The translations under genes were made by a program, and so were the position numbers. Below, one piece after another: positions 11,763 through 24,984 of a DNA stretch of 64,000 nucleotides. Every line of letters starts with the position of its first letter. Positions within the stretch are counted from its first letter, which is position 1. The DNA is from Pocillopora damicornis (lineage: Eukaryota): contig NW_020845859.1 in the NCBI RefSeq assembly GCF_003704095.1, positions 1 through 64,000 of the forward strand. The letters are read 5' to 3'. The notes under the pieces were generated by a model. That model saw nothing but the letters and a program-made list of their open reading frames with translations. It was not told the DNA's origin and made no database searches.

Positions 11763-14700
11763 GTCCAAGTGAATTCACTCATCCTTCAAACGAATAATCT
11801 CATCTTTAGAATTTGCGGTGATTGCCTGGCTGATCGTTCTAGCCGGCAGGAAGGATCCAGCGAAAACAAATCCTTTTTTTTCAATATTTTTTTATCCTTT
11901 AAAAAAAATCAAAGTTAACTTTGTTTGCTCACTCTACCGTTCTGCAAAAAAGAAATAAGCGCCCTGTCCCTAAGTACCGAAGGACGAGTAAAAAAAGTAA
12001 ATAAGCGCCCCGGGCACTAAACCGAGTCATGACGACAACTGACAATTATAAGGAGATTTCTGTAGGGATTGATTTAGCACCGTGAAAATACTTCCAATTG
12101 GTCTCCCTATTACGATTGGCTGATACCAGTATTATTCACAAATATTTGGAAAAATAACTAATTTACAGAAGATACAAGCTGTAAAATAACTATCTGAACT
12201 TATAGATAGGCTACGTTATGATATGGCTACTCAGAGATGATAACTGTAAATTATCATACGTTTTGGGGAATAAACTAAACACCTCTGTGCTAATACATTG
12301 TATGTGTTCGACTTAAAATATATCACTAAAACCAGTGTTCATATATGAAATGGCGATTTTATTGTAACAGAAGGAATAAGGAACATTCCTATACAAATAG
12401 CCCCCAAAAATACCAGAATAACAACGAGCACTAGTTCGTGATGGGGAAGGGGAACGCAAGTTTCTCACATATTATTAGAGCTGCATACCTAAACCATCCA
12501 ATAGATTGATAAATTTATATACTTGAGACGCAGTCGGAACGAGAAAAAACTAAACCAACTTGTAAAGAGCTAAAAGCCGGGAACCTTTATTCATACCAAG
12601 TACTAAACACACTGAGTATTTTATTACAACCGATGACTCACTTGAACGCGTTTAAAATTCAAGGTGTCATACCAACCAACAATAACTACATAGTTTACTG
12701 AAAGCTCCAAAATCAGCAACGCCATCGTACGTTAGTGAAGTTTTAGGCGACAGCTGGTTGCTAGCCATTGGCGGGAATTAACAAAGTATGGCTCTTGTCT
12801 ACCACACTGCACACGTCAACTCAGCCCGTCCAAAAGTCTCTTTAGATTATCATTTGTGGTCAATCTCATTTTACATAGAGATAAAATTGTAGGTAAGACC
12901 AGTTTTAACGTAACAACATCAACAACAAAAATGANNNNNNNNNNNNNNNNNNNNNNNNNNNNNNNNNNNNNNNNNNNNNNNNNNNNNNNNNNNNNNNNNN
13001 NNNNNNNNNNNNNNNNNNNNNNNNNNNNNNNNNNGCAATCAGTTAAAGAATGCTTCATTTGAATTAGAACATGGTTGAATTTCCTGCGAAATAAGATCCT
13101 CTATGTACTTGAACCATGAGAATCCAAAAATATTTAAAGGATGCACTTCAAAAAATAGTTCACTGATAAATTTCAAAAACTATATGGGATTGCTTGAGTT
13201 GAAGACATATTAAAGAACCTATAGAGTGACGTACACTTTAGGACGATTTTCGCCTTTTGATAATGACACGTTCTGCAGTTTTTTTTTTCGAACGAATCTT
13301 CTTTCGGGAAAAAATTGAATTAAATAATTGATAAATATTTAGTTTCCTTTGTTTGATATTCAGATTTTCAGGCGGTACAAATGCAAATGTTTAGCATACA
13401 ATTAAAAAAAATCAGCCATTTATCAAAAGCAACACACACCTTCTTTCAGTTTTACCTCTTCTCAATTTTTAGGTTCCAAGAAAATGATAAAACATGTAAC
13501 TTAAGTAGATTTAAAGGCCCTTATTTTAAATTCCCTGAGCTCTGAACTGAAGGTGCTTAACCTCGGATTTAATGTTCTGTCACAAGGACAAACCTGTATG
13601 TAAAGTAGTACGTTGTAAATTATGCAGGTCAATAGGCACACGCTTGACATACTTGTAACACCTGTAACGGGGATTAGGTGTTTTGACTGTTCTACATAAT
13701 TTATACAATCAGATCTTTCCGCAACGATCACCTTCCTTGAGGAGAGGGAAAAGTGTCTATTGTGGAGAGCTGGTAGTTTTGGGGAGGTGACATTTCATTG
13801 TTGAATGCCCTGGACTTAATCAACCTATATATCACTAGAAAAAAGATACTTTTGAATGTCATATCACCGGCTTTTGTGGTGATAGAGAAGATCATTATAA
13901 AAATCTCCAAATATCTATTGTTTGAGACAGCTCATCATCGATGCTTAACAACTTTTTCTAACTATTTGAACTTAAACTGTAACCCTGACCAGCTGTTTCC
14001 CGGAACTAGCCTTAAAAATGGTAAATTCATTTGAAAAAGGTGTGTGCATGACTTTGAATATTTGGCTATTCCAGATTACCAGTCATCTTTCTTTTCGTTT
14101 TTTCAAGGAATAACTAATTCATACTGAAATGACGGTTGGGTTCGATTTTTGGGAGAAATAAAGATTGTTGTTCCTATTTGTTGGACAGTAAACANNNNNN
14201 NNNNNNNNNNNNNNNNNNNNNNNNNNNNNNNNNNNNNNNNNNNNNNNNNNNNNNNNNNNNNNNNNNNNNNNNNNNNNNNNNNNNNNNNNNNNNNTCAGGA
14301 GGGGGTACGTGCTATTGCTATGGCTGGGACCAAAAGCCTGAATGGTATGTCAGCTCAAGGTACCTCTCTGGTTTGTGTGAGGAATAATAATAGTTTTCGA
14401 AGCGTATGAGCATCCAATCTACCTCTATAATGCTTTTGACATGCGTAATGAACATTTTCATGCGATATAAACTAAATCCTCAATTATTACCTTGGCCTGA
14501 AAAATTAACTCATTTTAGTGAGACGAGTATGTAGCGTTTATATTTGACCTATGATTTCATTCAAAATCAGACTCTACTTTTTAAAAAGTTGGTGCGGGGC
14601 TGTGAAGGAGCCAGTTTGTTTTAGGAATTCCTCAATCGCCATCGGTAAGAAGGATCCAAAATTATCTACATCATTTGCGATTCTATATGCGGTGCTATGT

Positions 14701-14835
14701 CCAACTTACTCCAGAGAAAATGAACTAAACACAAAATCTCACTGATTAATAATTATTCTTTATTTCTATCGCCTTTTGCCTTGATAAAATATTGATTAAC
14801 AACTCTAGAGCGAAGCATATTTCACTTTTGCTCAT

Positions 14836-17351
14836 TCAACATTTTTCCTGTTCTTTCTTGTAATAATTTTCCAGTGTTTTCTGTTTGTTCTTGCTTACAT
14901 TTTGAAATTCCACATTCCAGCCACATCGGGTAATGTGAAGGTCTGCATCTTCGCTTTTTTCTATTTTACCCGTTAAGAGGTAAACATTACCCAATTCAAG
15001 GTCTATTCCACAACCATCTGTCCTTGTCCAAGCTGTACCACTCCGCACAGGCCCTTGAATGGTCGCCATCGTAGGCGTCACTTTATAGAACTGGGCACCT
15101 TCTTTGAAAATATTTTTTATGTCGAGTGTATAGATTTTCCGGCTTCCCAAATCTGTGACTTGAGTAACCTTAGCTCTGATGGCTGTTAAGTGAAGACAAA
15201 AGCTCCGTGTTAAAAATGCTGATTTGTCTCAATAACAATTTCCTATACATTCAACGATATCAATGCACGGCAAAATGACAGCTGAATTATTATGATAGCC
15301 TTCGTTTGGTCTCCCAAAACATTTTGCAGAATCATCCTTTAAATGATATACCGATAAATTCACCATCTGTATTACTTTTTTTCTCTAGGAGCGGTTTTTT
15401 TTGTCTAGAGCGTAGCAGCTAGACACCTTGCAAAAGCGGTAGGAGATTCAATAGGTGCCTCATGTAAGACAACAAATGACGTATTGGTGTTATGGTTTCT
15501 GTGAAGTTACCGTAAGTGACAGGTTAAATGAAGTGAGCGATCATCGCGTAACATAATATGACAAGAATGCGCATCCAGTGATTGGGTGGAACCACTTGGC
15601 TATTTTGTCGTAAGATCTGTCGGAAATCCCTATTTGGTGAGCGTAACTCCTTGTGACAGAGAGATATTCGGGACCGATTGAATTCGAAAGAGCAAACATT
15701 TCGAGAAAACTTATCGTCGTAGAAAAAACATGCGTTTTTTAAATTGTCGTATCTTAAGAAGGGCCTGAAGAAGCGAGGCGTGGTTATTTCGGAGAGTACA
15801 CCAGTATTTTATAAGTTATTGATACTGAATACATTTCCGATCATACGCACCACACATTTCACCTTTATAATTTACCTTTTGTACTTTGTGCATTTTCACT
15901 TTTCCTTTAATCGACACACAGTCAGAGCTAGACGACCAGTGTATGTGTTAACAGATTTCACGACTTTACTTCTTGCACGAGTATCTACCTTTCAGCTGCT
16001 AAAAACATTGCGTAATTTGTGTTTTCCATACGTTTTAATTTACGATTCTTTGTGTTCGTTTTGGTCTCCATTTTATTTTGTAAGTTTAAAATAGTAACGC
16101 CTCAAAATGATTGGAATTTCGTCGCGAATTGTACCCAAATTGTACCTATCTATGTTTGACAGAATTAAATATTTTACGGAAATCTTCGGGTTAAATTTTT
16201 CCTTTTTTCTGTTCCCATGTTTCCAAAAACTTATTTCAAGTTTAGTTGTATCTGCTATTGCGTTAATATTTGCACAATTTTTTCCTTCGGCAGTCATGAT
16301 CTGTTAAGTTGAGAAACTCTCTCGAGGATCGACTTGCTTAGAAAACTCGGATCTCATAGTTTCATCGTCACATAGTTTATCCAAACAATTCCCTGAAAAA
16401 TACCGAACTTTGGTACACCAATACACCCATTGATATATATTGAACATACCTACCAAATAGACTGCGAGTGCAGTACGACTGTTAGCATGTTGTTTTGTGA
16501 TAATACATTCATTTTAATTTGGATTAGACACACGTACGCAGTGCGGACCTTTTTTAACCTTTGCGCGATCCTGCACTTTTTTCTTGCCTTCGACTTGAAA
16601 TGTCATGATTACCTCTTAACATGATCAGTCCTCGATTTGACGGTTCACGAAGTCAAGGCCGGCTCGTAAATTGCCACTGCCAGAAGAAACTGTGCGTAAC
16701 GACAAACTCATATTATTAAACTTCCTTTCTACGGAGTCTTTTATCGCAACTAGAAAAAGTCAGACTTTAAAAGAAAACTTTATTTGCTCATTTCTATTTC
16801 ATTTTAAGCGGAAAGTTTACCACAAGCCTCGATATAGTTCCGCTACTTTTTTTTTCTGGCCAGCGGTTCAAAAATATCGAACCTAGTCTCGTTATGTCGT
16901 AATGCCCGAAGTTTCAGTGGTTTGCTGCATGTTCAGGAGACAAGGGCGTGGCTGGAAGGAACTGATTGTTACTTCTCCTCTCTCGTTGGTATACATTTCA
17001 TTGTAAATTAGATACGAGAATTTGGTTTAAGATCACGATGACAACTTGTACGTGATCAGTTTAAGTATTCTCGTTACCCGTTCCCCAGGGAACGAATGGA
17101 TGTCATAGGAAGAAGTTATATCTTAATTACTTGTTAGAGTTTAAGAGAAAAAGGACAGGTTACCCGGAATAAAAGCAGAAATTATTGACTAAGTGAATTG
17201 GAAATCAAAACTTTTTAAATTATTGAGGTAGCAACTCACCGAAGTCATCTCTGCATAAAATCGCCATGTGAGTTGTCTTAGCGCAACTGCACGACTCGCT
17301 AAGGGCCACAGTGCACAAAATCAATGTCGCATAAGAGAGAATGGAAACCAT
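14836..17351 (-). CDS. TIMP: Single-domain TIMP-like inhibitor (TIMP-D), ~152 aa
   Basis: Exons 17351-17240 (MVSILSYATLILCTVALSES-CSCAKTTHMAILCRDDF) and 15182-14836 (AIRAKV...IFKEG...DGCGIDL..YLLTG..TRCGW..EKC-stop). Intron of ~2 kb, phase 1. Confidence 0.88.
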
Positions 17352-20300
17352 TTCTGCCGTCTTTTTCTATGGAAAAAGAGCACAGTTTTCTTTGTTTGAC
17401 GGAATTGTGAACTGCGCGAGAAGCTGATGGAAAAAATGGAACAAGAGGAAAAGAAACCACTGTTTCTTGTAATATCAGCTTAGCAAGTTCTGCGAGACTT
17501 GAACGATGAGCTTGTCTTGAGATTAACTTACCTGACTTGTTCTGGAGAACTTGCCTGCAAGACTCAACTGATGAATCGTAATGCCCTAGTATTGGTCATT
17601 TACGCAATTTAAAATATGAAATTTGATAAAGGATACTGGTCTCTATTGCTTGTTTTTAGTGTTTACTTTCTCATGTAAGTGTTTTCAATGAAGATAATTA
17701 CTTTCAATTATTTATCCATTTCTTCTTTCTTTTTTGTACCGAGGAAGTCGATTAAGAAACTTGGTTACTGTGCTGAGTTGTATGTTATTTGTTATAAATT
17801 TCTTCGCATTTAGTCGGCAAGCTATGGTTTAGTAGGGCTAACTACAAGTTGCTCAAAATTTTTTTTACTATATAAACATTACTTTTTCGTGATCTATGAA
17901 AATTATACTTCTGAAACAATATACATGATTGATTTTATAATTCTTGCATTTGTCCTTCAAAACAACTCACAGAAAAGAAAACTAATTTTGAATCACTTAA
18001 GTCATCCGTTTAGCTCCACTTCTAACAACGTTCTTTGTTGTCTAGACAACGATCTGTTTATGACTGATCGAGAACTGATCAACTCTGTGAACACGAGCAA
18101 ACCAGATCTAAACAACTAACTAAAATCTTTATTTTTAGTTTAAGAAAGACTACAAAGCAACTGCAGTCCCCTCCAAAAAATTCGGTGTTTTGTTTTTGCT
18201 ACAAGACCGTGGCGTCACTAAGGATGGCTAATGAATCATATTAATTTGGGTGATTGAGGAGCAGACCTCGGACGTGCCAGTACTACATATTATTCTTCAG
18301 GTTCCACCTACGCTAATGCGTTCATTTTTAAAAGTAGACATTTTCATTAAAATAAAAACGACATAGAAACTTATCATTTAACTGCCTACTCGTGCAACCA
18401 TTTTGGTTAATATCTGTAAAAAGCCTTAATTTGAGCGTGATGCAAATCATATGCAGGCTTGTCGCCTGGCCTGTGAATAAAACCCTTTACGGTGGAATGA
18501 GGCGCTCTTGTGTAGCGTGTGTTAAATTCTTTCGAAGAAAATCAACGAATCGGTATTTTTCCAAACATTAATGTCGCCATTAGAGAGTGGCAGCTTAAAA
18601 GAAACTTCCAATCGAAAACAAAGCAAACAACAATATTTGTATTTATGTATCTTTTTGCCATTTAGCTTGTATGAAAAGTGAAATCGATTCCATTTCCCGG
18701 TCCTCAGTTAGTGAACTTGGTTGCTGTGCTAAGTTGCATTTCATTCCTTTTTGGTTTTCTCTGATTTGATTCGTGTATTTTTTGTATGCTGACTCAATTT
18801 CAAAAATGGCAACTTTTGAACTCTTGAAAATTCTATACATTTTGCATAATTTAATTTCAGAACGTTTTTCTTTCCTCCGATAAGCGAAACATTTGAAACG
18901 AGTTACACAATTTTCAGTAGATAATTCACTGGCTCTTCCAAACTACTTAAGAAAACCTTAAAAAAAAAATTTTATTTGAATCATTAAATCAACCCTTTTA
19001 ACTTCAATTTGTGCAGGGGTCTTCGTCGGTTGTCAAGGCAACAATCTTTTGATAGCTTGAAATCGAACAAATACATGAAGAAGAGCTAGAAATAACAAAA
19101 CGAACGACATCACTTTTCTTTCGAAATCTAAGGAAAGTTCGAAATAATCTAATAATGATTCTCACAAAATTACCGTGTTTCTTTTCGTAGCGACACCGTG
19201 ACGTCATCACGATTAGCGACCACATCATTTAATTGGCTTATTAGAGGGCTTCTCGTTACTCTACAGGCGCCATACATACTTACAAGTTTAGAGAAATGCT
19301 ATAAGTTTTTACCCACTTAAAAATACAAGAGAGTAGATAATTGTATAGCCTGCTCACGGAATCCTTTCGGTTAATGTTGGAAAAAAAAAACTTTGGAGTA
19401 TGACAGAAAACAACTGAGTACCGGTCGGCCTGTGAAATAATCCCCGTTTTACTGGTTTTGACTTTTTTTTTGGTAAAGCCACGTATCGGTATTTCTTCAA
19501 TAATCACCGTCACCACTAAGAGAGTAACAACTGGAAAGCAAACTCGATCAATTGTAACGTTAACTGGCATAATGGTTCATTCGAAAATGATACGAGAGAA
19601 GTCAAGTAAAGCTCGACAGCGAGCGAAAGCCACAAAATTGTTGCGCATGAGCATAATTAATTAACGGTATAATTTTTATGTCTGCGTATTTTAGAACTTT
19701 ATATGCATTTTCTTCCAAATTTATTTTAGTGTGCTTACGCTCATCAAAGAAATTATTACAAAAGTTCGCTTCCTTATTTACTTTATATTTTAATGCGGTT
19801 ATATTGCCTTGAAAGACCACCAAGAGCTTCTTAAGTTATATCTTATATAATGTTCGGCAAGAGTAAGCAATTTTAGCCATTACAATGACACGATGATCAC
19901 AAGTCTCTTTCAAAAACAGACAAATAATCAAAATGGTGGATTAATAGATCAATGGGGGTACTACATACTTTTAAAAACGTTACACATAGCAAGAGATATT
20001 TATTCCGACTGAGGAACAAATATGAAACAGAACGAAACTAGATAAATGTAATTTTGATAACAATTAGTATATTTGAGGGAACAAATACAACTGCGACATG
20101 TCGTGATATTTTGGCAAGCTGAAATGACGAATTTTTTTTAAACTATTTGAACTCAGTTACACAACGCATCTTTGGAAAAACTTCATTATACTTGAGCTAT
20201 CTCAGTAACATTTTGACCCAAGAAAGCTGAACAGTTTCAAACTCAACCACTTATGAATTTTTGCAGTTCTTTGAAAAAGGTCTTCGACGATGAAAAACTC

Positions 20301-21527
20301 GATTATTTATAATTATTTGAACGCTTTGTGCTTTGAAGAGAAAGAGCTCTAATTTTAACAAGCTAACTTGAAAATTTGTTGGAATGCTCCATGGAATGAT
20401 GAATAATGAATGCGAAACAAGAGCAATTATTCAGTTTCAAAGCGAGTATTGAAAGAAATAAAAAACATCATAGAAGGTAATTTAAGAAAATTTCCTTCGC
20501 TGGCCCGAGAAACTTAGACACCGATGACTAAAACTAACGATTGAATCGAACTTTTTGGAACGGAAATATTAACCAAATTAAAGTTTGTTAGTAAATTTAA
20601 ATAGAATTATGATTCCAAATATGCAAAGGTAGTAATTTTTTTATTTAACGGGATTGTTAGGCAGAAAAACATTCAGCAAAATTTATGGTAAGCTACGGTT
20701 ACATCCTGATCAATTTTACCTTTTTTCTCTCATTTTCGCTTTTCATTTTGCTTCGTAAACACTGCTGCAAATCGAATTGTAAATCAAAACAATCAGTCCC
20801 TCCAACTGACTGGCTTCGCTTCGTTTCGTATATTTTTAAAGTTTACATGATTGACGTGGATAAATATGCTGAAATTCTAGCATTCTAAGAAATTTTTCAT
20901 AGAACTTTATATACAAAATGCCCAAAACTGAGAGAAAAAAAATCAATTGGTAATGAAACTAGTGGAAGCTTGAATAGTATTGTAAAAAAGAAATATAATT
21001 TACCAAAACAACTCATCGAAAATAACTTAATTAGCGTCTGCAAAGTAAATATTTCATATACCGCAAAACTCTTGGAGCAAATTGAATGAGAAGTTTTCTA
21101 ACCACTCGCAAACAGAGGTAGAAAATTGATTTGGTATTTTTTTTCTGTCTAGTGCGGTTTCCAATCGCAAAGACATGAGACTTTCTCGCAAACGTGTTTT
21201 CGTCCAACAACAAAATCTTAACAAGTGTTGGTCATAGCTAAGCCAATGTACTGATTATATTATTGAGATCCCGCTAAGAAATTCGAGAAACTATTCTTGG
21301 ACTTCCCTTGGCGACTCAAACCTACGTCAGTAAATGGAGGACTGATAGTTGTTGTGATCCCACCAAGATATTATGAACAGTTTTCAACAGCCGAGCCACA
21401 AAGATAAAATGATTTTCATTTCCTGTTAAATGCTGGAGCACGTAATCAATTCTGTTCTGTAAAACGGAGGCTATAAATCTGATAATTTTTGCCGTCATAA
21501 AGCCGAAGAAACCTGGCACTATGAAGC

Positions 21528-24500
21528 ATGGAAAGCTCTCGTGATATTACAGTTGCGTCGAGTAACAATGGCGCAGATGACATCATTGAGGAAACTTATC
21601 CATGCGCTGATGCCGATTCAGGGTCTATCAGAAACCGTATCGCCTGTAAGACAGGTCATATACTGAATAACCTTACGTCGAGCGTGTGGTATAGCTATGC
21701 ATTGCTCTATTTTCAACATGTTGCTGGTTTGTCCGCCGTCAGCGTTGGCATCATTTTCTTCATTTCTCAAACACTAATGGCAGGAAGTTCGCTTTTGATT
21801 ACTTTGGGCCGCGAGAAACGCTTATGGAAGTATTTTTCCCCGTATGGAAAACGAAAAGCATGGCATATTATTGGATCAGCCGGTGTGCTGTTCTCGTGGC
21901 CTTTCATCTTTATACCGTGCTTGTTTTGTGAAAATAATAGCTCGAATGTTACGTTAGGGGCTTACTATCTGCTATCTGTGGCTTTGTTTTCGATCTCTTG
22001 GCCACTTGCTGAAGACAGTTACTATTCACTTATGACTGAAATACGAGAGGAAAACGGCAAAGATACCGAAGCGTCAAGGTATGTTGGTGACAAATTCTCG
22101 GGTTTATAAACATAATTTTTAATAATAAGTATCTCAAACAGCACGCACTGTTGAAATTATACAAACTACTTTTTATCGGCCCTAATTTGAGAGACAAATT
22201 CAAATCTTATCCATTTTAAAGCCTCGTGAATCAAGTACAGTATTGTAATTCCTTTGGTGGCATGCCAAAACATTCTTGTCTAGCTTTCCTAATATTTTTT
22301 TCTCGGAAAAATCTAAGAGCTTTGTTTTGAAAAATGTGATTACTGATCATTCCGCATCCCATAATTGACACAGTTTCAATAAACAGCTGGAGCTCATGGA
22401 TGTCGCCCGGTGACATCTCAAAGACTTATTCTTGATGAACTCTTTTACAAAGTCGAACAAGCTTCGACAGTTTTCAATGCGAAGAGATACAATAGATCTT
22501 TTTTGTGCATGTTCCATTCAAGCCGCTTGTCTATGCTAAAAACGAGAAGTTGTCATCGGAAAACGGAGGTTTTTGAAAACGATGATGTGACTGCTTGGTG
22601 AATCTTGGGGCGGGAAAATAGGGCCTCTATTATGCACTCGCTCTGTGATGAATCTAGGTGTTTCTGCCACCAGTGATCGTTGTAGTGTGGACAAAGAACA
22701 TAACATACACTTTCTAGTGCGGACAGAATACTTTGATTACATTTTGAGAGAGAGCCCGCCTTTTTAAACTTTATCTGACGTAGCGTTGAAGGGACTTTAC
22801 CGTTTCAAATTCCTGTAAACCCACTTTATTTAGACTGTCATGGATTTAAATTGCATTTTCATAGATCCATTGTCCGCGTTTGCAAGGTGTGTCTCTATAT
22901 CTTACTGTGGATTCTGCTTCAAGAGAGTACGGAAAGTAAAATGAATTCAAATGTTAGCGAGCAATTTACGGTAAGTATTACCCTTAAAACTAAAGTGGAA
23001 TTTAGATTAAAGCTTTATCAGTGAAACGTTATGAGGTTATGAGATTTACAGGATGATAAGAATTTTATTCACTAAATGGCTTCAAGCAAACATTTTTTGA
23101 TATGAATCATGATCATTTTATTCTTTAGCGTTTTGCGATCATTCTACTTCCGGTTGGCTTTCTATTCGTCTTCGCTTTCCATTTAACGGTGCTAGAGCCC
23201 AGACCTCAGACAGATGAAGGAAAGCTTGATGAAGGTACTTGCACTTTACCTACTGAAACTCTCGCTGGGGGTCTGGAGCACAGAATGTACCGGTTTACAG
23301 GCCCTCAACGCGCACACCTGGACATACCAATTATATTGTTATTCCCTCTGAGCAAGAGGCTAACCTTTGCCACTCCCCCTCCCCCTAAAATTTCATAGTT
23401 TACCAAATATAGCCTTTAAATATTCGTGGTTTACGAAAGACTCTATGAAAATCTATTCAGTGCCGAACAGTCAATACATTTTGGAAAGGGGGCTAGTAAT
23501 TGTACGGAAGATTCATGTAAACGTGATTACACCAATAATATTTTTGACGCTGAGTTTTATACTGAAAGAATTTTTGCGAACTTTCGTTCTTAGTGAGAGT
23601 TGCACAAAATTTTTTTGTGCGCAAAGAGCATTGGGTAATAATAACTGTTTAATTGCTCCATTGTAACTCCATATACTCATTAGTTTCCTTATTTGTTTGT
23701 TTTTTTGATTCGTTTTTGTTTTTTAATGTAGAGAAAAACTGTGGGAGATCAACTGCAGACGTAACTTCTCGAACAACGATAGTGAACAACGAACCGACAG
23801 GAATGAGAGAGGGGCCAAAATTAACTTGGTTCGAATGGCTGAAAGAACCTTCGTTATATAAGGTAAGTAAAAATCTGAGATTTCACTTTACAGTTCACCA
23901 GAAGCGTTATCGTTTATACTACTTTCCCTCATGAAATATCTAGTCAATTTAAAGAATGAATTCTCTATCATCTGGATCCATTAATTCAGTGGTAGAAATT
24001 AATCTGCTTAAGTGTCTCAGACACAAAAATTTTTGATCTCAAAAGACATGATTAAAGGGGTTGAAATACCAGTTTCCAAATTCTATATTCATTTTAGCTT
24101 TAATATACTCAACTTTGCTTAAAATGCTACACCTATTTTATCCTGATTATTTGTTTTATTTCAACTTTTATCCGTATTCACACGAGTACACAAGCTTTGT
24201 AATTTTATCTTTATCGCGTTTAAATAAAGGTTTTATTCACTTCTTTCACTAACTAAAAATATACGGAAGGACGTGGTTAACATTTCGTTAGCCTTCTTGA
24301 TCAAACACGTCAATACACGGTGTTTTTTCTTTCATTAGATTTCCTTTATTCCGTAAACTATTCGATTATCGTTTTCCTTCTTTCCTTCATTATAGGTTGG
24401 TTGTATCGTCGTTTTTTCCAACATCACATTTCGGATCGTTCAGTCATACCTTCCGCTGTATGTCGTCGAAACGCTAAACTTACGAAAAGTAAGCAAAAAG

Positions 24501-24907
24501 TGTCGTAACAGTTATATTGTTAAGGCCATAGAACAATTTTCAATTGTATTGAAAGTGATCTGGCATTGCATTCATTAGTTTTGTGTTATTTCGTTTTGTA
24601 ATCGGTCCAGGAAACTCGTGCCTCTCTCGTAATTTATCCAATTGGATGCAAAACTAACACCAATCACGACTTGCATTGTTCGCCCGTGTTTTTAAAGCGC
24701 TTTAGGCAGTTTGGGTGTCTTTACTTTGAGTCCTCATCCGCCCCACAGGGTATCTTCTTTTTCTCTGAATGGCTGTTGTGATTACTTTGATTTTGTCTTA
24801 ACGAAACTCAGTAGAAAAGTTCTTCAATTTAAACGCACATTACATCGTCATTTGCTGCATTATTCTACAAAATGAAGGTATTTGTATAAGTAATCACATG
24901 ACTTCGA

Positions 24908-24941
<34 letters not shown>

Positions 24942-24952
24942 GTGGTCTTTGA

Positions 24953-24984
<32 letters not shown>

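Noticed and set aside
11578-11918. Poly-Ile and poly-Tyr/His ORFs
   Set aside because: They are translations of an (ATT)n microsatellite.
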